A stretch of 29,462 nucleotides of DNA from a bacterium (lineage in GTDB: Bacteria; Babelota; Babeliae; Babelales; JABCYS01), in the NCBI GenBank assembly GCA_027452085.1, contig DAIDHG010000008.1, forward strand, positions 1-29,462, in the 5' to 3' direction. Shown one piece after another: positions 8,025 through 17,637 of the stretch (within the stretch, counting starts at the first letter, position 1; each line of letters starts with the position of its first letter). Under the pieces are notes generated by a model. The model made no database searches, was not told the origin of the DNA, and saw only the letters and a list, made by a program, of their open reading frames with translations. Made by a program: the position numbers and the translations under genes.

Positions 8025-8812
8025 AGTAATCCCTTATCTGTATAAAATGTTGCAATTAACTGATCGTAGATATACAACTCATCGCTCATCCGACGCGAAT
8101 CATCATCATTTTTTAATCTGAAGTGAAATACCTTCTCAGGTATCGCATCTTTCACTTTAAACCAACGGCCTAACGATTGTATGCCAAAGCGTTCATGATG
8201 GATCGGGGCTACCTGCAATCCTTTGGTTATAAATGTGCCAAAGATAATGTCATCTTCAATCGTTTTATGATCCATCAATAGATGTTTTTGAGCAACTATA
8301 GCCCGCACAAGATCGCATGAAAGAATAAACCCTGCACCAGAACAAAATGTTGTGCCTTTCGCGTATGCCGTAAACCCACTGTAACATTTTAATTTTGGTA
8401 AGGAATCTAAAAATGTAAGTAGCCGAGGGAAATGGTAAAACGATGATAGATTTGTTCGTACAACGAAATCAAACTCATCAAGACGAGGCAACATCGCCTC
8501 AAAAGCAAGAATTGTTTTATTCGCAATTCCTGCACTGTGTGGAGCCCAACCATCATCAGTTTTTGCCCAAATAATATCGCCATTAATATGTGTGTTGGTT
8601 GATAATGTTGGATCGCTCTTTAAGAAATAGACACTCACGTGATCTGGATCGTAATGCATATAGGAGCGCCATCGTTCCTGCAATTTGGTATATACCGGTA
8701 ACTGATCAGATGCGATCACCAGCACGAGCACCTTGAGATCTTGTGCACACAGCGAACTGGGCAGCAGAAAAAACAAAGAAAAATAATAAGAAAGCCTGCT
8801 TTTTTTTTGCAT
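8021..8812 (-). CDS. GT31-like (beta-1,3-glycosyltransferase fold) protein with signal peptide
   Basis: Likely start ATG 8812 (MQKKSRLSYYFSLFFLLPSSLCA). Motifs NKT, FDFVVRTNLSSF, FCSGAGFILSxDLV and EDD. Confidence 0.65.
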   Translation of the reverse strand: MQKKSRLSYYFSLFFLLPSSLCAQDLKVLVLVIASDQLPVYTKLQERWRSYMHYDPDHVSVYFLKSDPTLSTNTHINGDIIWAKTDDGWAPHSAGIANKTILAFEAMLPRLDEFDFVVRTNLSSFYHFPRLLTFLDSLPKLKCYSGFTAYAKGTTFCSGAGFILSCDLVRAIVAQKHLLMDHKTIEDDIIFGTFITKGLQVAPIHHERFGIQSLGRWFKVKDAIPEKVFHFRLKNDDDSRRMSDELYIYDQLIATFYTDKGLL

Positions 8813-8873
8813 TACTATCTTTCTAACATTTACCAATGTCCGCGATTGTAGCCCGTCGCACATTGAACATCAA

Positions 8874-9821
8874 CTACTTTTGTCTACACCTATTTTGATA
8901 TGCATGCACCAGCTCTCTCCAATAATCGAACCGCAGCTTCTCAAGCTGATGCTGGCGATGATTCAATTCATCGTATTTTTTTTCTAGAAATTCCTCGGTT
9001 ATTTCTTGCCAATCATGCACAATCACTACGGGCAGCTGCGCAAACATTGGATCAAGGCATGATGATTTAACTACTGGAATTGCACCCAGATACAATGCCT
9101 CCCAGGTGCGGTGACAATCAATACCATTGCCTGGGGGACTGAGTACAAATTTTGATTGCTTTACATCACGTAAATAGGCACCAACAATCGTGCGTTCTTT
9201 GGCTAAATTACAAAAAGATTTATTGATAAATAAATCAAAAAGCGGCTTTCGCTCTACAGGATTTGTATCGATAGTAAAGTTACCAGAGAGCAACACATTT
9301 TTGTCTTCTCCGCTGCAAGCAATCTGCCGCAATATGTGCGGATATTTTTTTCCCCAATGCGCATTTTCAATGCCGATTGGAATTGGCATGAGTTTGGGAT
9401 GCAACGCATCGATATTCGTACTCAACCAGACAAATAGCTTTTCATCATCAAGCCATCGGCCCCAATCTTTCGTTTGTTTATTGCTCGCGGTGGAACCAGA
9501 TGGAACCGATAGATCACTGTTATGCGTAATTAGAATGTACTGATGCCCAATGCGCGGGTGGCATTTGGAAAAAAAGATATCGAGATAATCAACCTTTACG
9601 AATATCGTATCACCCTTTTTCACATTCTCCGGCACAAACTGCTCTTGAGTTTCATCAACGTGATGATCGCACAGCAACCTAAAATCATCGCCTGAGATAT
9701 AGGGATAACTTGCAATCCTATTGGATGCCAAAGAAGTTTTTGCATTCACCCTCACTGGCGCTACTGCCATTACCTGTGGTGTCAGCAATCCAACGAGTAG
9801 GCCTATTATAAACAGTGTCAT
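8874..9821 (-). CDS. Exostosin/GT47-like glycosyltransferase, paralog 1, with signal peptide
   Basis: SKFVLSPPGNGIDCHRTWEALYLGAIPVV, ISGDxFR, ITHNSD and PIPIG. Leader MTLFIIGLLVGLLTPQVMA. Confidence 0.75.
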   Translation of the reverse strand: MTLFIIGLLVGLLTPQVMAVAPVRVNAKTSLASNRIASYPYISGDDFRLLCDHHVDETQEQFVPENVKKGDTIFVKVDYLDIFFSKCHPRIGHQYILITHNSDLSVPSGSTASNKQTKDWGRWLDDEKLFVWLSTNIDALHPKLMPIPIGIENAHWGKKYPHILRQIACSGEDKNVLLSGNFTIDTNPVERKPLFDLFINKSFCNLAKERTIVGAYLRDVKQSKFVLSPPGNGIDCHRTWEALYLGAIPVVKSSCLDPMFAQLPVVIVHDWQEITEEFLEKKYDELNHRQHQLEKLRFDYWRELVHAYQNRCRQK

Positions 9822-9833
9822 TTCGCATCCTTT

Positions 9834-11015
9834 TTATATTGCTTTATTTTCTAATGGGTTCCAGGTGTATGCTTCGGCATGAGCTATAAAGGTATAGGGC
9901 AGCGGATCGAGTGCTCCACTATAATCGGTGGCCATCGAACCATGTAAGTATGCCATCAATAAAACACCTATTGGCTTATCCTGCAATTGCGGCAACAATT
10001 TTATAGTCGCCGTAGTCAAACAGGTGGACCCTGTTGCACCGGCACTGCCCAAGCCAACTTTTTTCACACGCTCGGGAATTGAAAGGATAGTCTCGCGCAA
10101 AATTGGGTGTGCTTGGGTTGCCGCGATTGCATGATTTATGATATTGCCTTCCAAATCCCACATACAGCAATAAAATTCATAGCAATGATTGAGAATATCT
10201 AATGGTCTGATTGATTCAGCATCCATATCTACATACACTCCACCAAAAAGGTATAGAAGCTCGTAGCGAAGAATATCCGACTTTTCTCCGTAGTTGGTTG
10301 AGCGATCAAATAAATCTTGATTTACCAATTTCAATTTCTTTACATCTTCATCGATCCATAATTTATAGATCCAACCAGGATGATGCTGCAACCACGTTTG
10401 TCGCATGCGCTCAAATTTTTCAAACGATTTAGGCCCAAGCCAGATCTGATGAATGATCGGCGGAATGATACGATCTTTTGCTGGCACAACCTTTTTCAGA
10501 TTATTTTTCAGATATAGCTGTTTAAATAATTCAGCTCGCTTCACGCGAGGTATATACGGATAAAAACCTTTTGATAACAGCGATTCCAGATCGCTGGCTG
10601 GGTAACGCGGATATGGGCAATAAAATCTTTTCGCTTCCGCTGCTTGATCAGCAAACTGGCGCAAAGAGCCAGGAATCGTAATGCCCCCCGGCAGCGATAA
10701 TGCCTGATCAAGGTAATCCTGCGTATCGATGATCGTGGCCGAGCCATCAGTCAATGGGCTTAAGGCACGAAACATTGATTCGGCAGCACCTGGGGCAAAT
10801 TTGTAGAGATACTGAAGCACATCATTTTGATCATCAGGAGGCAATTTTTTTAATATGACTAACACTTTTTCAGCTTCAATTGCCTCACCATATTTTTTGA
10901 TATAGCCACACAATACCTGAATTTTTTTGGTTAGAGCATCTGCTGGAACTTCTGATGCAACAAGCGCTCCAGATCCCAACAGGGCACATATAAAATGGAA
11001 TAATCTCAAACGCAT
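9834..11015 (-). CDS. GT32/DXD glycosyltransferase with long N-terminal extension and signal peptide
   Basis: IPPIIHQIWLG, WxYKLW, KSDILRYELLYLFGGVYVDMD. Leader MRLRLFHFICALLGSGALVA. Confidence 0.85.
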   Translation of the reverse strand: MRLRLFHFICALLGSGALVASEVPADALTKKIQVLCGYIKKYGEAIEAEKVLVILKKLPPDDQNDVLQYLYKFAPGAAESMFRALSPLTDGSATIIDTQDYLDQALSLPGGITIPGSLRQFADQAAEAKRFYCPYPRYPASDLESLLSKGFYPYIPRVKRAELFKQLYLKNNLKKVVPAKDRIIPPIIHQIWLGPKSFEKFERMRQTWLQHHPGWIYKLWIDEDVKKLKLVNQDLFDRSTNYGEKSDILRYELLYLFGGVYVDMDAESIRPLDILNHCYEFYCCMWDLEGNIINHAIAATQAHPILRETILSIPERVKKVGLGSAGATGSTCLTTATIKLLPQLQDKPIGVLLMAYLHGSMATDYSGALDPLPYTFIAHAEAYTWNPLENKAI

Positions 11016-11168
11016 ACCGCTCCCTTCTGCTTGTCCAAAACAGCCAGGAAGCTTATGGAGGAATTTGATTAAAGTAAATTACAATAAAAAGATACGCTCA
11101 TACTCAACTTGACAAGGAGCGTCCCTTAGCCTGTACTGTATGCACGCATATAAAATAAAGAGGAAAAA

Positions 11169-12197
11169 ATGAGCTCTTTTAAAAAATCTCGTCTGATCAT
11201 TATCATCACCATTTTTTCAGCACTCTGGGCAGTCAAATCCACCATGGCGCGCAATGCATCGCAATCACCGCTTAAAAGCGCCGTCGTTCAATTAAAATCT
11301 GGCGGGCGCTTTGGCGACAATCTGATCTCATTAGCCCATGCAATCTACTTTGCCCAAAAGAATAACCTTGAACTTTTGTTTGATCCGTTTCCTTATAGCG
11401 AGCAGTTAGTATTAAGTGATGTGGTAAAACCCTACGTCTATTCAATGGATTGGCACTTTGATCGCATTATTGAACATCCAGGCGTATCAGCCGAAATCCA
11501 CCCTGAATTAACTAAAAACGGCACCAAAATCTTATTTAAAATTCCCTATTTTCCTGATGCCCCGATCGAATACAAGGTGCCGAATAACTGGCATCCATTT
11601 CCAGTGGATTGGGAGGATCAAACCTTTAAACAAACTTTACGAAAGCTCCTTTCGCCTAAATCTCCGCTTACATTGATAAAGCCACGAGGCGATAAAATTT
11701 CGGTTGCGGTGCACGTGCGGCACGGCGGTTCGTATGAAAAATTCACTCAAGCACAATACGAAAAAAATGGTGGGCTACTGAGCTATAAAATTCCCTATGA
11801 GGAGTATTATATTAACCAGATCAAAAACTTATCAGCACTGCTGGCAAACGAACCGATGTATGTCTTTTTGTTTACGGATGACAATGACCCAGTGGGCATG
11901 CTGCAGCGCTATCAAGCAAAGGTTAACATACCGACAATCGAGTTTGATTGCCGCAAGACAGGAAATAGCCATAACGCCAATGTTTTAGAAGATTTTTACT
12001 CGCTCATGCAATTTAATTGTTTAATTCGCTCGGAATCAAACTTTTCCATTATGGCTGAAAAATTGCATGACTATCAAATTGTTATCTCACCAGCAGATTT
12101 ATTGGCCGGTGAAACAATTCAAGACGGGCTGGTCAAGGTGAAAGAAAACAAGAGAAAAATGCGATTTAAATCGCTATTTTCTAAAAAGGCTCAATGA
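11169..12197 (+). CDS. GT11-like (alpha-1,2-fucosyltransferase-like) protein with signal peptide/anchor
   Basis: GGRFGDNL (cf. GxLGNQ), VAVHVRHG (cf. HxRRGD), YY, FTDD, DF and SESNFS. AGAGG RBS. Leader MSSFKKSRLIIIITIFSALWA. Confidence 0.7.
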   Translation: MSSFKKSRLIIIITIFSALWAVKSTMARNASQSPLKSAVVQLKSGGRFGDNLISLAHAIYFAQKNNLELLFDPFPYSEQLVLSDVVKPYVYSMDWHFDRIIEHPGVSAEIHPELTKNGTKILFKIPYFPDAPIEYKVPNNWHPFPVDWEDQTFKQTLRKLLSPKSPLTLIKPRGDKISVAVHVRHGGSYEKFTQAQYEKNGGLLSYKIPYEEYYINQIKNLSALLANEPMYVFLFTDDNDPVGMLQRYQAKVNIPTIEFDCRKTGNSHNANVLEDFYSLMQFNCLIRSESNFSIMAEKLHDYQIVISPADLLAGETIQDGLVKVKENKRKMRFKSLFSKKAQ

Positions 12198-12205
12198 AGT
12201 GTAGC

Positions 12206-12886
12206 CTACTGGTACTCCAAATATGTCTTGCCAAATCCAGACCCCCACACATGAGCCACCAGATTTAATTTGTTGAAGGTAATCATTTTGATTTTTCCTT
12301 GATTGTATAATTTCCCTATATATTCGGCTACCAGCTTTTCAATACAGGTATTTTCCCGTTCCATTTTTTCATAGTCGATCTGATCAAGCATCTCCTTGAA
12401 AAATTTGCAACGCAAAGCAAAACAGCTGGTCGTTATATTGCCACACGGCTCAATCTTCACAAAGGCATCCATGTCAGGGCGAGATTCAACGGTATCCAAA
12501 AATTGTCGTGATGAAAAATAATACCTTCCCGTGATTTTTATGATCATATCATCGTCATTAAATTTAAAATGTTTGAATGCTGCCTGCATGGCGTGGGCTT
12601 CATTCACCCCCTTATTTTTTAACCGCACATCATTGGTGCCGGCATAAAAAACGTTGGATGAACATTGATCCAAGAACGTTGGCTGTGATTTCATTACTGA
12701 TTCTACGACGTATGGATCTTTATACCCAAATCCTACCAGCCGTTTCATAGTATCAATATATTGTTTCTTTCTGAGCTCATAGCCATCCTGTATCAAGGCG
12801 GCCGTGAGCATCAATCTGATCTGCGCTCGTAACGGTTGGCAACCAAAAACAATGGTTAACAAAAAGACTGTTTTTTTTACGTACAT
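12206..12886 (-). CDS. Hypothetical exported protein, KxTGRY family (putative glycan enzyme), paralog 1
   Basis: NKGVNEA, DDDMIIKITGRYYF and CIE. Leader MYVKKTVFLLTIVFGCQPLRA. Clear paralog of 17638..18342. Confidence 0.65.
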   Translation of the reverse strand: MYVKKTVFLLTIVFGCQPLRAQIRLMLTAALIQDGYELRKKQYIDTMKRLVGFGYKDPYVVESVMKSQPTFLDQCSSNVFYAGTNDVRLKNKGVNEAHAMQAAFKHFKFNDDDMIIKITGRYYFSSRQFLDTVESRPDMDAFVKIEPCGNITTSCFALRCKFFKEMLDQIDYEKMERENTCIEKLVAEYIGKLYNQGKIKMITFNKLNLVAHVWGSGFGKTYLEYQ

Positions 12887-12907
12887 TTTTATCCTACATG
12901 CATCAAT

Positions 12908-13879
12908 TTAGTTGTTGAGCCTGCATAACTTCTGAGCAGACACGATGAGATTTGCCCAATAATCAAAGCGCAATTTTTCCAACCTATACTGCCGGTTCGA
13001 CATCTCAGCAAATTTTTCATGAAGAAACTCTTCCGTTATATCTTCCCAATTCTGCACGATAAGCACCGGCAAATCCTCATACAATGGATCTAAGGTAGAT
13101 GTTTTTACGATGGGGAATGTACCAACATACAACGCTTCCCAGGTGCGATGGCAATCAAGGCCATTGCCATGCGGGCTGAGTATGAATTTTGAATGGGCCA
13201 CATCAAGCAGATATGCCTTCACTTTTTTATTCTCAGGCCAATAACAAAATGATTTATTTCGAAACATATCGTGCAATGGTTTACGCCCGGGGCGATTGGT
13301 CTGCAGGGTAAAATTTGCTGAAAGTAAATACCGCTTATGAGCGGCTTCATGAGCATTGCACAACTCTATAATAGGCGTCACATAATTCCTGCCCCATCGG
13401 CATGACTCTAAGCCAATGGGCACCGGCACTATTTTGGGATGCGTGGCATCAACGTTTTGAGCAAACCATAAAAAAAGCCTTTCATCTTCAAGATAACGCC
13501 GCACGCCACAGTCGGTATGGAAATGGGGTTGATTGACCGTATATCCGCTTGGTATTGAGCGATCACCGGCAACGGTGACTAAAATATAACGGTTGGCGAT
13601 GCGCGGATGATACTCATTAAAAAAATCTTCTAGATAGAAACTGCTGACAAAAATCGTATCACCAGCATTGACCCGAGCGGGATTCAAAGATGGGCTATCT
13701 TCATCGAGAATATGGTCACACAAGGCACGGTAATTATCGCCGGAAATAAAATTACCGGTTGTGGCACGCGGTCTGCCCTTGGTTGCATTTAGAAATGGCA
13801 TTTCTTGTGGATGTGGCGCAAATAATATAGCCCCTTGGACCATCCAAAGCCCTACTATTAATTTTCTAAGCTTGTTCAT
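12908..13879 (-). CDS. Exostosin/GT47-like glycosyltransferase, paralog 2, with signal peptide
   Basis: Likely start ATG 13879 after GAGG. SKFILSPHGNGLDCHRTWEALYVGTFPIV and ISGDNYRALCDH. Leader MNKLRKLIVGLWMVQGAILFA. Confidence 0.75.
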   Translation of the reverse strand: MNKLRKLIVGLWMVQGAILFAPHPQEMPFLNATKGRPRATTGNFISGDNYRALCDHILDEDSPSLNPARVNAGDTIFVSSFYLEDFFNEYHPRIANRYILVTVAGDRSIPSGYTVNQPHFHTDCGVRRYLEDERLFLWFAQNVDATHPKIVPVPIGLESCRWGRNYVTPIIELCNAHEAAHKRYLLSANFTLQTNRPGRKPLHDMFRNKSFCYWPENKKVKAYLLDVAHSKFILSPHGNGLDCHRTWEALYVGTFPIVKTSTLDPLYEDLPVLIVQNWEDITEEFLHEKFAEMSNRQYRLEKLRFDYWANLIVSAQKLCRLNN

Positions 13880-13947
13880 TGCTATCTCTACCTCATGACA
13901 CCAATGTAATGCATGGTACACCTATTTAGATCAAACCTATAGATACC

Positions 13948-14871
13948 CTAAAGCCAACTGGTTGCCCAGTAGTGTACGCCCATAGTTTCAGGCTTAAAAT
14001 AGGCATTAATCTGATCTTGGGTCATCCTACCACGCCAAAAATCTTCACGCTTTGAATTGGGAAACGCATAAAAATATTCGATCGGGAAAACCATAATATC
14101 TCTATTTTCATCAGAACTTGATTTCCAACAATCAGCAACAAGATTTGTGAAAAAGATAGGCCCGGTTGTATACAGAATTCCCATCGCATCCGTTGGAAAT
14201 TTATGATTCATCGCCTCAAATTTATTCGTAATTGAATCTACTGTCTTTGCCATAACTGGTGAACCCGGTGCAGCGGCAATCAGAGCGTTGCAAATTTCAT
14301 GGGGGCTGCACAACCCGGTGTAAAAATCATATTGATAATGCAAAAGATCAAAGGGGGCTCGGCATTCAAAATCTAAATCAACATACAACCCGCCATATTG
14401 ATATAGAATTTCATAGCGCAAAATGTCTGACTTCATGCCCCAATTTGGCGTTGCATCGAACGCCGCTTTATTCACAAAGGGAAACTTCTCAAGATCCGCA
14501 TTGGTCCATAATTTATATTCCCATTCAGGATGATGCTTTTTCCATGATTCCATAAGCCATAAGAACTTTTCTGGTACCGGTCGCGGCCCGATCCAGATTT
14601 GATGAATTTTGAGTGGTATACGAGGTTGCGTTGCAACAACGTCATTTTTTTTATTGACCGCATAGATGTGTTGGAAAATATTTCTCAGCTCTGTATTTTG
14701 GCTATTTTCTTTGGCGCGCATGACACGAAAGCTGTCATCCAAATCCTGTCGACACCGTGGAGCGCGTGCAACTTCCTTGTTAAGAATTCTTTGTTCAGAT
14801 AAGCACACGTTGGCCAGCAACGAACTGGATGACAATATCAATGCGAGCCAAACAAAAAAGAACTGCGTCAT
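13948..14871 (-). CDS. GT32/DXD glycosyltransferase (tandem copy 3) with signal peptide
   Basis: IPLKIHQIWIGP, KSDILRYEILYQYGGLYVDLD, TGP and C-terminal HYWATSWL. Leader MTQFFFVWLALILSSSSLLA. Confidence 0.88.
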   Translation of the reverse strand: MTQFFFVWLALILSSSSLLANVCLSEQRILNKEVARAPRCRQDLDDSFRVMRAKENSQNTELRNIFQHIYAVNKKNDVVATQPRIPLKIHQIWIGPRPVPEKFLWLMESWKKHHPEWEYKLWTNADLEKFPFVNKAAFDATPNWGMKSDILRYEILYQYGGLYVDLDFECRAPFDLLHYQYDFYTGLCSPHEICNALIAAAPGSPVMAKTVDSITNKFEAMNHKFPTDAMGILYTTGPIFFTNLVADCWKSSSDENRDIMVFPIEYFYAFPNSKREDFWRGRMTQDQINAYFKPETMGVHYWATSWL

Positions 14872-14956
14872 ACATCATCCCCTTTCTTTATCAGTTGATT
14901 ACTCACTTTGCAAAGTAATTAAGACCATACACAAAGATCAAGAGATAGGGCACAAC

Positions 14957-15787
14957 CTACTGCCAACTGGTGGCCCAATAATGAATCGCCATTGCCTCAG
15001 GCTTTAGATACCTAAACACATCCTGTCGTGACATGCGGCCTTGCCAAAAATCGGTGCGTCGGTTGTTGGGAAAAGCGTAAAAATATTCTACCGGCAGAAC
15101 CATCATCTTTTTCCGCTCTGCCTTATCGCACTGTTTATAATAATCGGCAATCACGTACGAAAAAAAAATGGGACCGGTCGTTTCTAAAACACCCATAACG
15201 TCTTTGGGTGGGCGGTTATTAAGTTGCTTAAATTTATATTTTATTGCTTGTATAGCAGCATACATAACAGGAGAGCCGGGAACTGAACCTATCAAGGCAT
15301 TATTCACTTCATGCGGCCAAGCAAGGCCTGCATAAAAGTCGTAGAGATAATTAAGCTCATCAAAAGATCGTACGCATTCAAAGTCTAAATCAACGTAGAC
15401 GCCACCGTTGTAATATAAAATCTCATAGCGCAAAATATCTGATTTCATGCCCCAATTATCTGCTGCGTCAAAAGCTTCCCGATTTATCAATGGAAACCGT
15501 TTGAGGTCTTCATTGGTCCAGAGCTTGTACTCCCAGCTAGGATGAAAGCCTTGCCACGACTGCATCATCGATCTAAATTTATTGGGCACTGGTTTTGGGC
15601 CAATCCAAATTTGATGAATTTTTTTTGGAATTCTTGGCCTGACACATTCTTCATCTTCAGATACTGAACGTTTTAAATTTTTTTTATAAATTTCCTTAAA
15701 TATGGGAGCCAATGTGCGATGATCCGCAAATAAGCCCGAGCAATAAAGCCCAAGAAGAATAGTAGCTGCTAAAAATAACTTTTTCAT
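14957..15787 (-). CDS. GT32/DXD glycosyltransferase (tandem copy 2) with signal peptide
   Basis: Start reassigned to ATG 15787, which overlaps the upstream stop as ATGA. IPKKIHQIWIGP, KSDILRYEILYYNGGVYVDLD and HYWATSWQ. Leader MKKLFLAATILLGLYCSGLFA. Confidence 0.88.
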   Translation of the reverse strand: MKKLFLAATILLGLYCSGLFADHRTLAPIFKEIYKKNLKRSVSEDEECVRPRIPKKIHQIWIGPKPVPNKFRSMMQSWQGFHPSWEYKLWTNEDLKRFPLINREAFDAADNWGMKSDILRYEILYYNGGVYVDLDFECVRSFDELNYLYDFYAGLAWPHEVNNALIGSVPGSPVMYAAIQAIKYKFKQLNNRPPKDVMGVLETTGPIFFSYVIADYYKQCDKAERKKMMVLPVEYFYAFPNNRRTDFWQGRMSRQDVFRYLKPEAMAIHYWATSWQ

Positions 15788-16653
15788 GCGTAACTCATTG
15801 CCCAATAATGGATACTGTATGTTTCGGGCAACACATATGCCATCACACGCTCGCGCGGAAGCCTTCCCGCCCAAAAGGCATCTCGCTCCCGCGTCGGGAA
15901 CGCATAAAAGTATGGCACGGGCAATACCATTACCTGTTGTTTCATCTCTTCATTCAACCTTGCATAGGCATCGACAAATATCTTAGTAAAAAAGAGCGGA
16001 CCAGTAATGCTCAACACCCCGCCAATACCCACATTTTGGGTGCTGCACGATCTGACTTGTTCAACGTTTTTTGCAATTGCATTTATGGCTTCACGCATAA
16101 TAATAGAACCAGGAGCTGCTGCTATCAGCGCATTATTAATCTCATGAGGCCAGGTTAAACCGGCATAGAAATCATAGGCATAGTTTAAGGCATCGAATGG
16201 CTTGAAACATTCAAAATCAAGATCTACATATACGCCGCCATGGTTATACAAAATTTCATAGCGCAAAATGTCTGCCTTCATACCCCAGTTTTTAGCAGCA
16301 TCAAAGGCTTCTTTATTGATGAAGGGAAAAGTTTTTAAATCGTCATTGGTCCACAGCTTATATTCCCAATGGGGATGCTGATCTTGCCAGGTTTTCATCA
16401 TCCATTTGAATTTTTCAGGCACGGGACGCGGGCCAATCCAAATTTGATGTATTTTTAAGGGAATACGCGGCTCATCTTGCAGCTGGCTGGCCATTAATTC
16501 AGACTTTCTATTTTTTTTATAGATAGCATCGAATAATGATTCAAGCTTTGCTTTTTCTATTGGATCTGCCGATAAAGCCGTTTGTGGCATAAAAAGCCAC
16601 ACCAAAAAGCCAATGGTCAGAAATAGCGTAGCGGCGACAACTGTTTTATTCAT
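15784..16653 (-). CDS. GT32/DXD glycosyltransferase (tandem copy 1) with signal peptide/anchor
   Basis: Start ATG 16653 after GGAG. IPLKIHQIWIGP, KADILRYEILYNHGGVYVDLD and HYWAMSY. Leader MNKTVVAATLFLTIGFLVWLFMPQTALSA. Confidence 0.88.
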   Translation of the reverse strand: MNKTVVAATLFLTIGFLVWLFMPQTALSADPIEKAKLESLFDAIYKKNRKSELMASQLQDEPRIPLKIHQIWIGPRPVPEKFKWMMKTWQDQHPHWEYKLWTNDDLKTFPFINKEAFDAAKNWGMKADILRYEILYNHGGVYVDLDFECFKPFDALNYAYDFYAGLTWPHEINNALIAAAPGSIIMREAINAIAKNVEQVRSCSTQNVGIGGVLSITGPLFFTKIFVDAYARLNEEMKQQVMVLPVPYFYAFPTRERDAFWAGRLPRERVMAYVLPETYSIHYWAMSYA

Positions 16654-16697
16654 GTAAAAAACTCCAAACCGATGCACTTGGGCAAGCGGGGTATTCT

Positions 16698-17585
16698 TTA
16701 ATTATTGTTGTTTTGCATGTCTTGAGCAATTGAATGAGCCAATTTTTTTAAAAAGGCCACGCCATTAAAGTGGGTGAGCCCAATCCATGCACGGGTATTC
16801 CATCCGCACATGGCATCCATCATACTGCCAAAGTCAAATAAGAAAATATTATCATATCTATCCCATAATCTTTTTTGCAATACACGGCCAGCGCATCCCA
16901 TTGAGGTAACAATTATTTTATAGTCATGTGGGTTAGCGTTGTCCAAATAGGTAAGACATTCTTGCTCAACGGCATCAATGGCTTCATAGGCTTGTTTGGT
17001 AGGTGTTGGCACGAAATGGCACTTGTCTCCGAATAATACCTTACGCACCACTGGTGGAATATCTTTATTACCAACTAACATGAAGCAATTTGAGTTGCGT
17101 AAAAACTTGAGAAATTCGATAGCCAATTCAGGATATTGTGTGCCCGCAAAGTGAAGTGCAACTGGCGAATAGACATCGGTAATCGGTTGACCCCAGAGTG
17201 GTTGTGTTTTGTTCAAATATTGCAAACAAACTTTATATTCAACTTCATGATTCAAGTAGAACATCCCCTCTTCAAACGAATCAAGCTCGCGACACATAAT
17301 GGGCAATGCCTTTATGATGTTTGGCCCGTTTAAAAGAAATGCGCCTTGCATCTCTCGTTTTATACGATCGTTGGGCTTCTGTAACATATCGCCATGACCA
17401 TTTGCAAGGTTTATATCACCGTCGCCAAAGCGCAAATAAATCCCTTTTTGCTTTTGACTTATAAGATCCATAATGGTGAAAAGCGTCTCTTTCGTTTTAT
17501 GAAACCGCAGCATGGGGAATTGAGTGCTGCCAGCAATAGACGAAGTTAGAGCGCATAGTGCTAATGCAATAGTATAATTCTTCAT
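16698..17585 (-). CDS. GT-D-fold-like (DUF1792-related) putative glycosyltransferase with signal peptide
   Basis: YLRFGDGD (cf. RFGDGE), SMGCAGRVL and FDFGSMMDA. Leader MKNYTIALALCALTSSIAG. Confidence 0.6.
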   Translation of the reverse strand: MKNYTIALALCALTSSIAGSTQFPMLRFHKTKETLFTIMDLISQKQKGIYLRFGDGDINLANGHGDMLQKPNDRIKREMQGAFLLNGPNIIKALPIMCRELDSFEEGMFYLNHEVEYKVCLQYLNKTQPLWGQPITDVYSPVALHFAGTQYPELAIEFLKFLRNSNCFMLVGNKDIPPVVRKVLFGDKCHFVPTPTKQAYEAIDAVEQECLTYLDNANPHDYKIIVTSMGCAGRVLQKRLWDRYDNIFLFDFGSMMDAMCGWNTRAWIGLTHFNGVAFLKKLAHSIAQDMQNNNN

Positions 17586-17637
17586 ACATTCCTTTGTTCT
17601 ACGTGATGATAAAACTCAAACTATCAATTCAGTTCTC

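Noticed and set aside
14905..14916. Perfect 12-bp palindrome ACTTTGCAAAGT in an intergenic gap
   Set aside because: Several such palindromes are expected by chance in 29 kb, and no second copy was noticed.
8800..15168. Homopolymer runs (T9 at 8800-8808, A9 at 15160-15168, several T8) as phase-variation switches in GT genes
   Set aside because: All genes are in frame, and A/T runs of this length are expected in AT-rich Lys/Phe codons. No long G/C tracts were seen.
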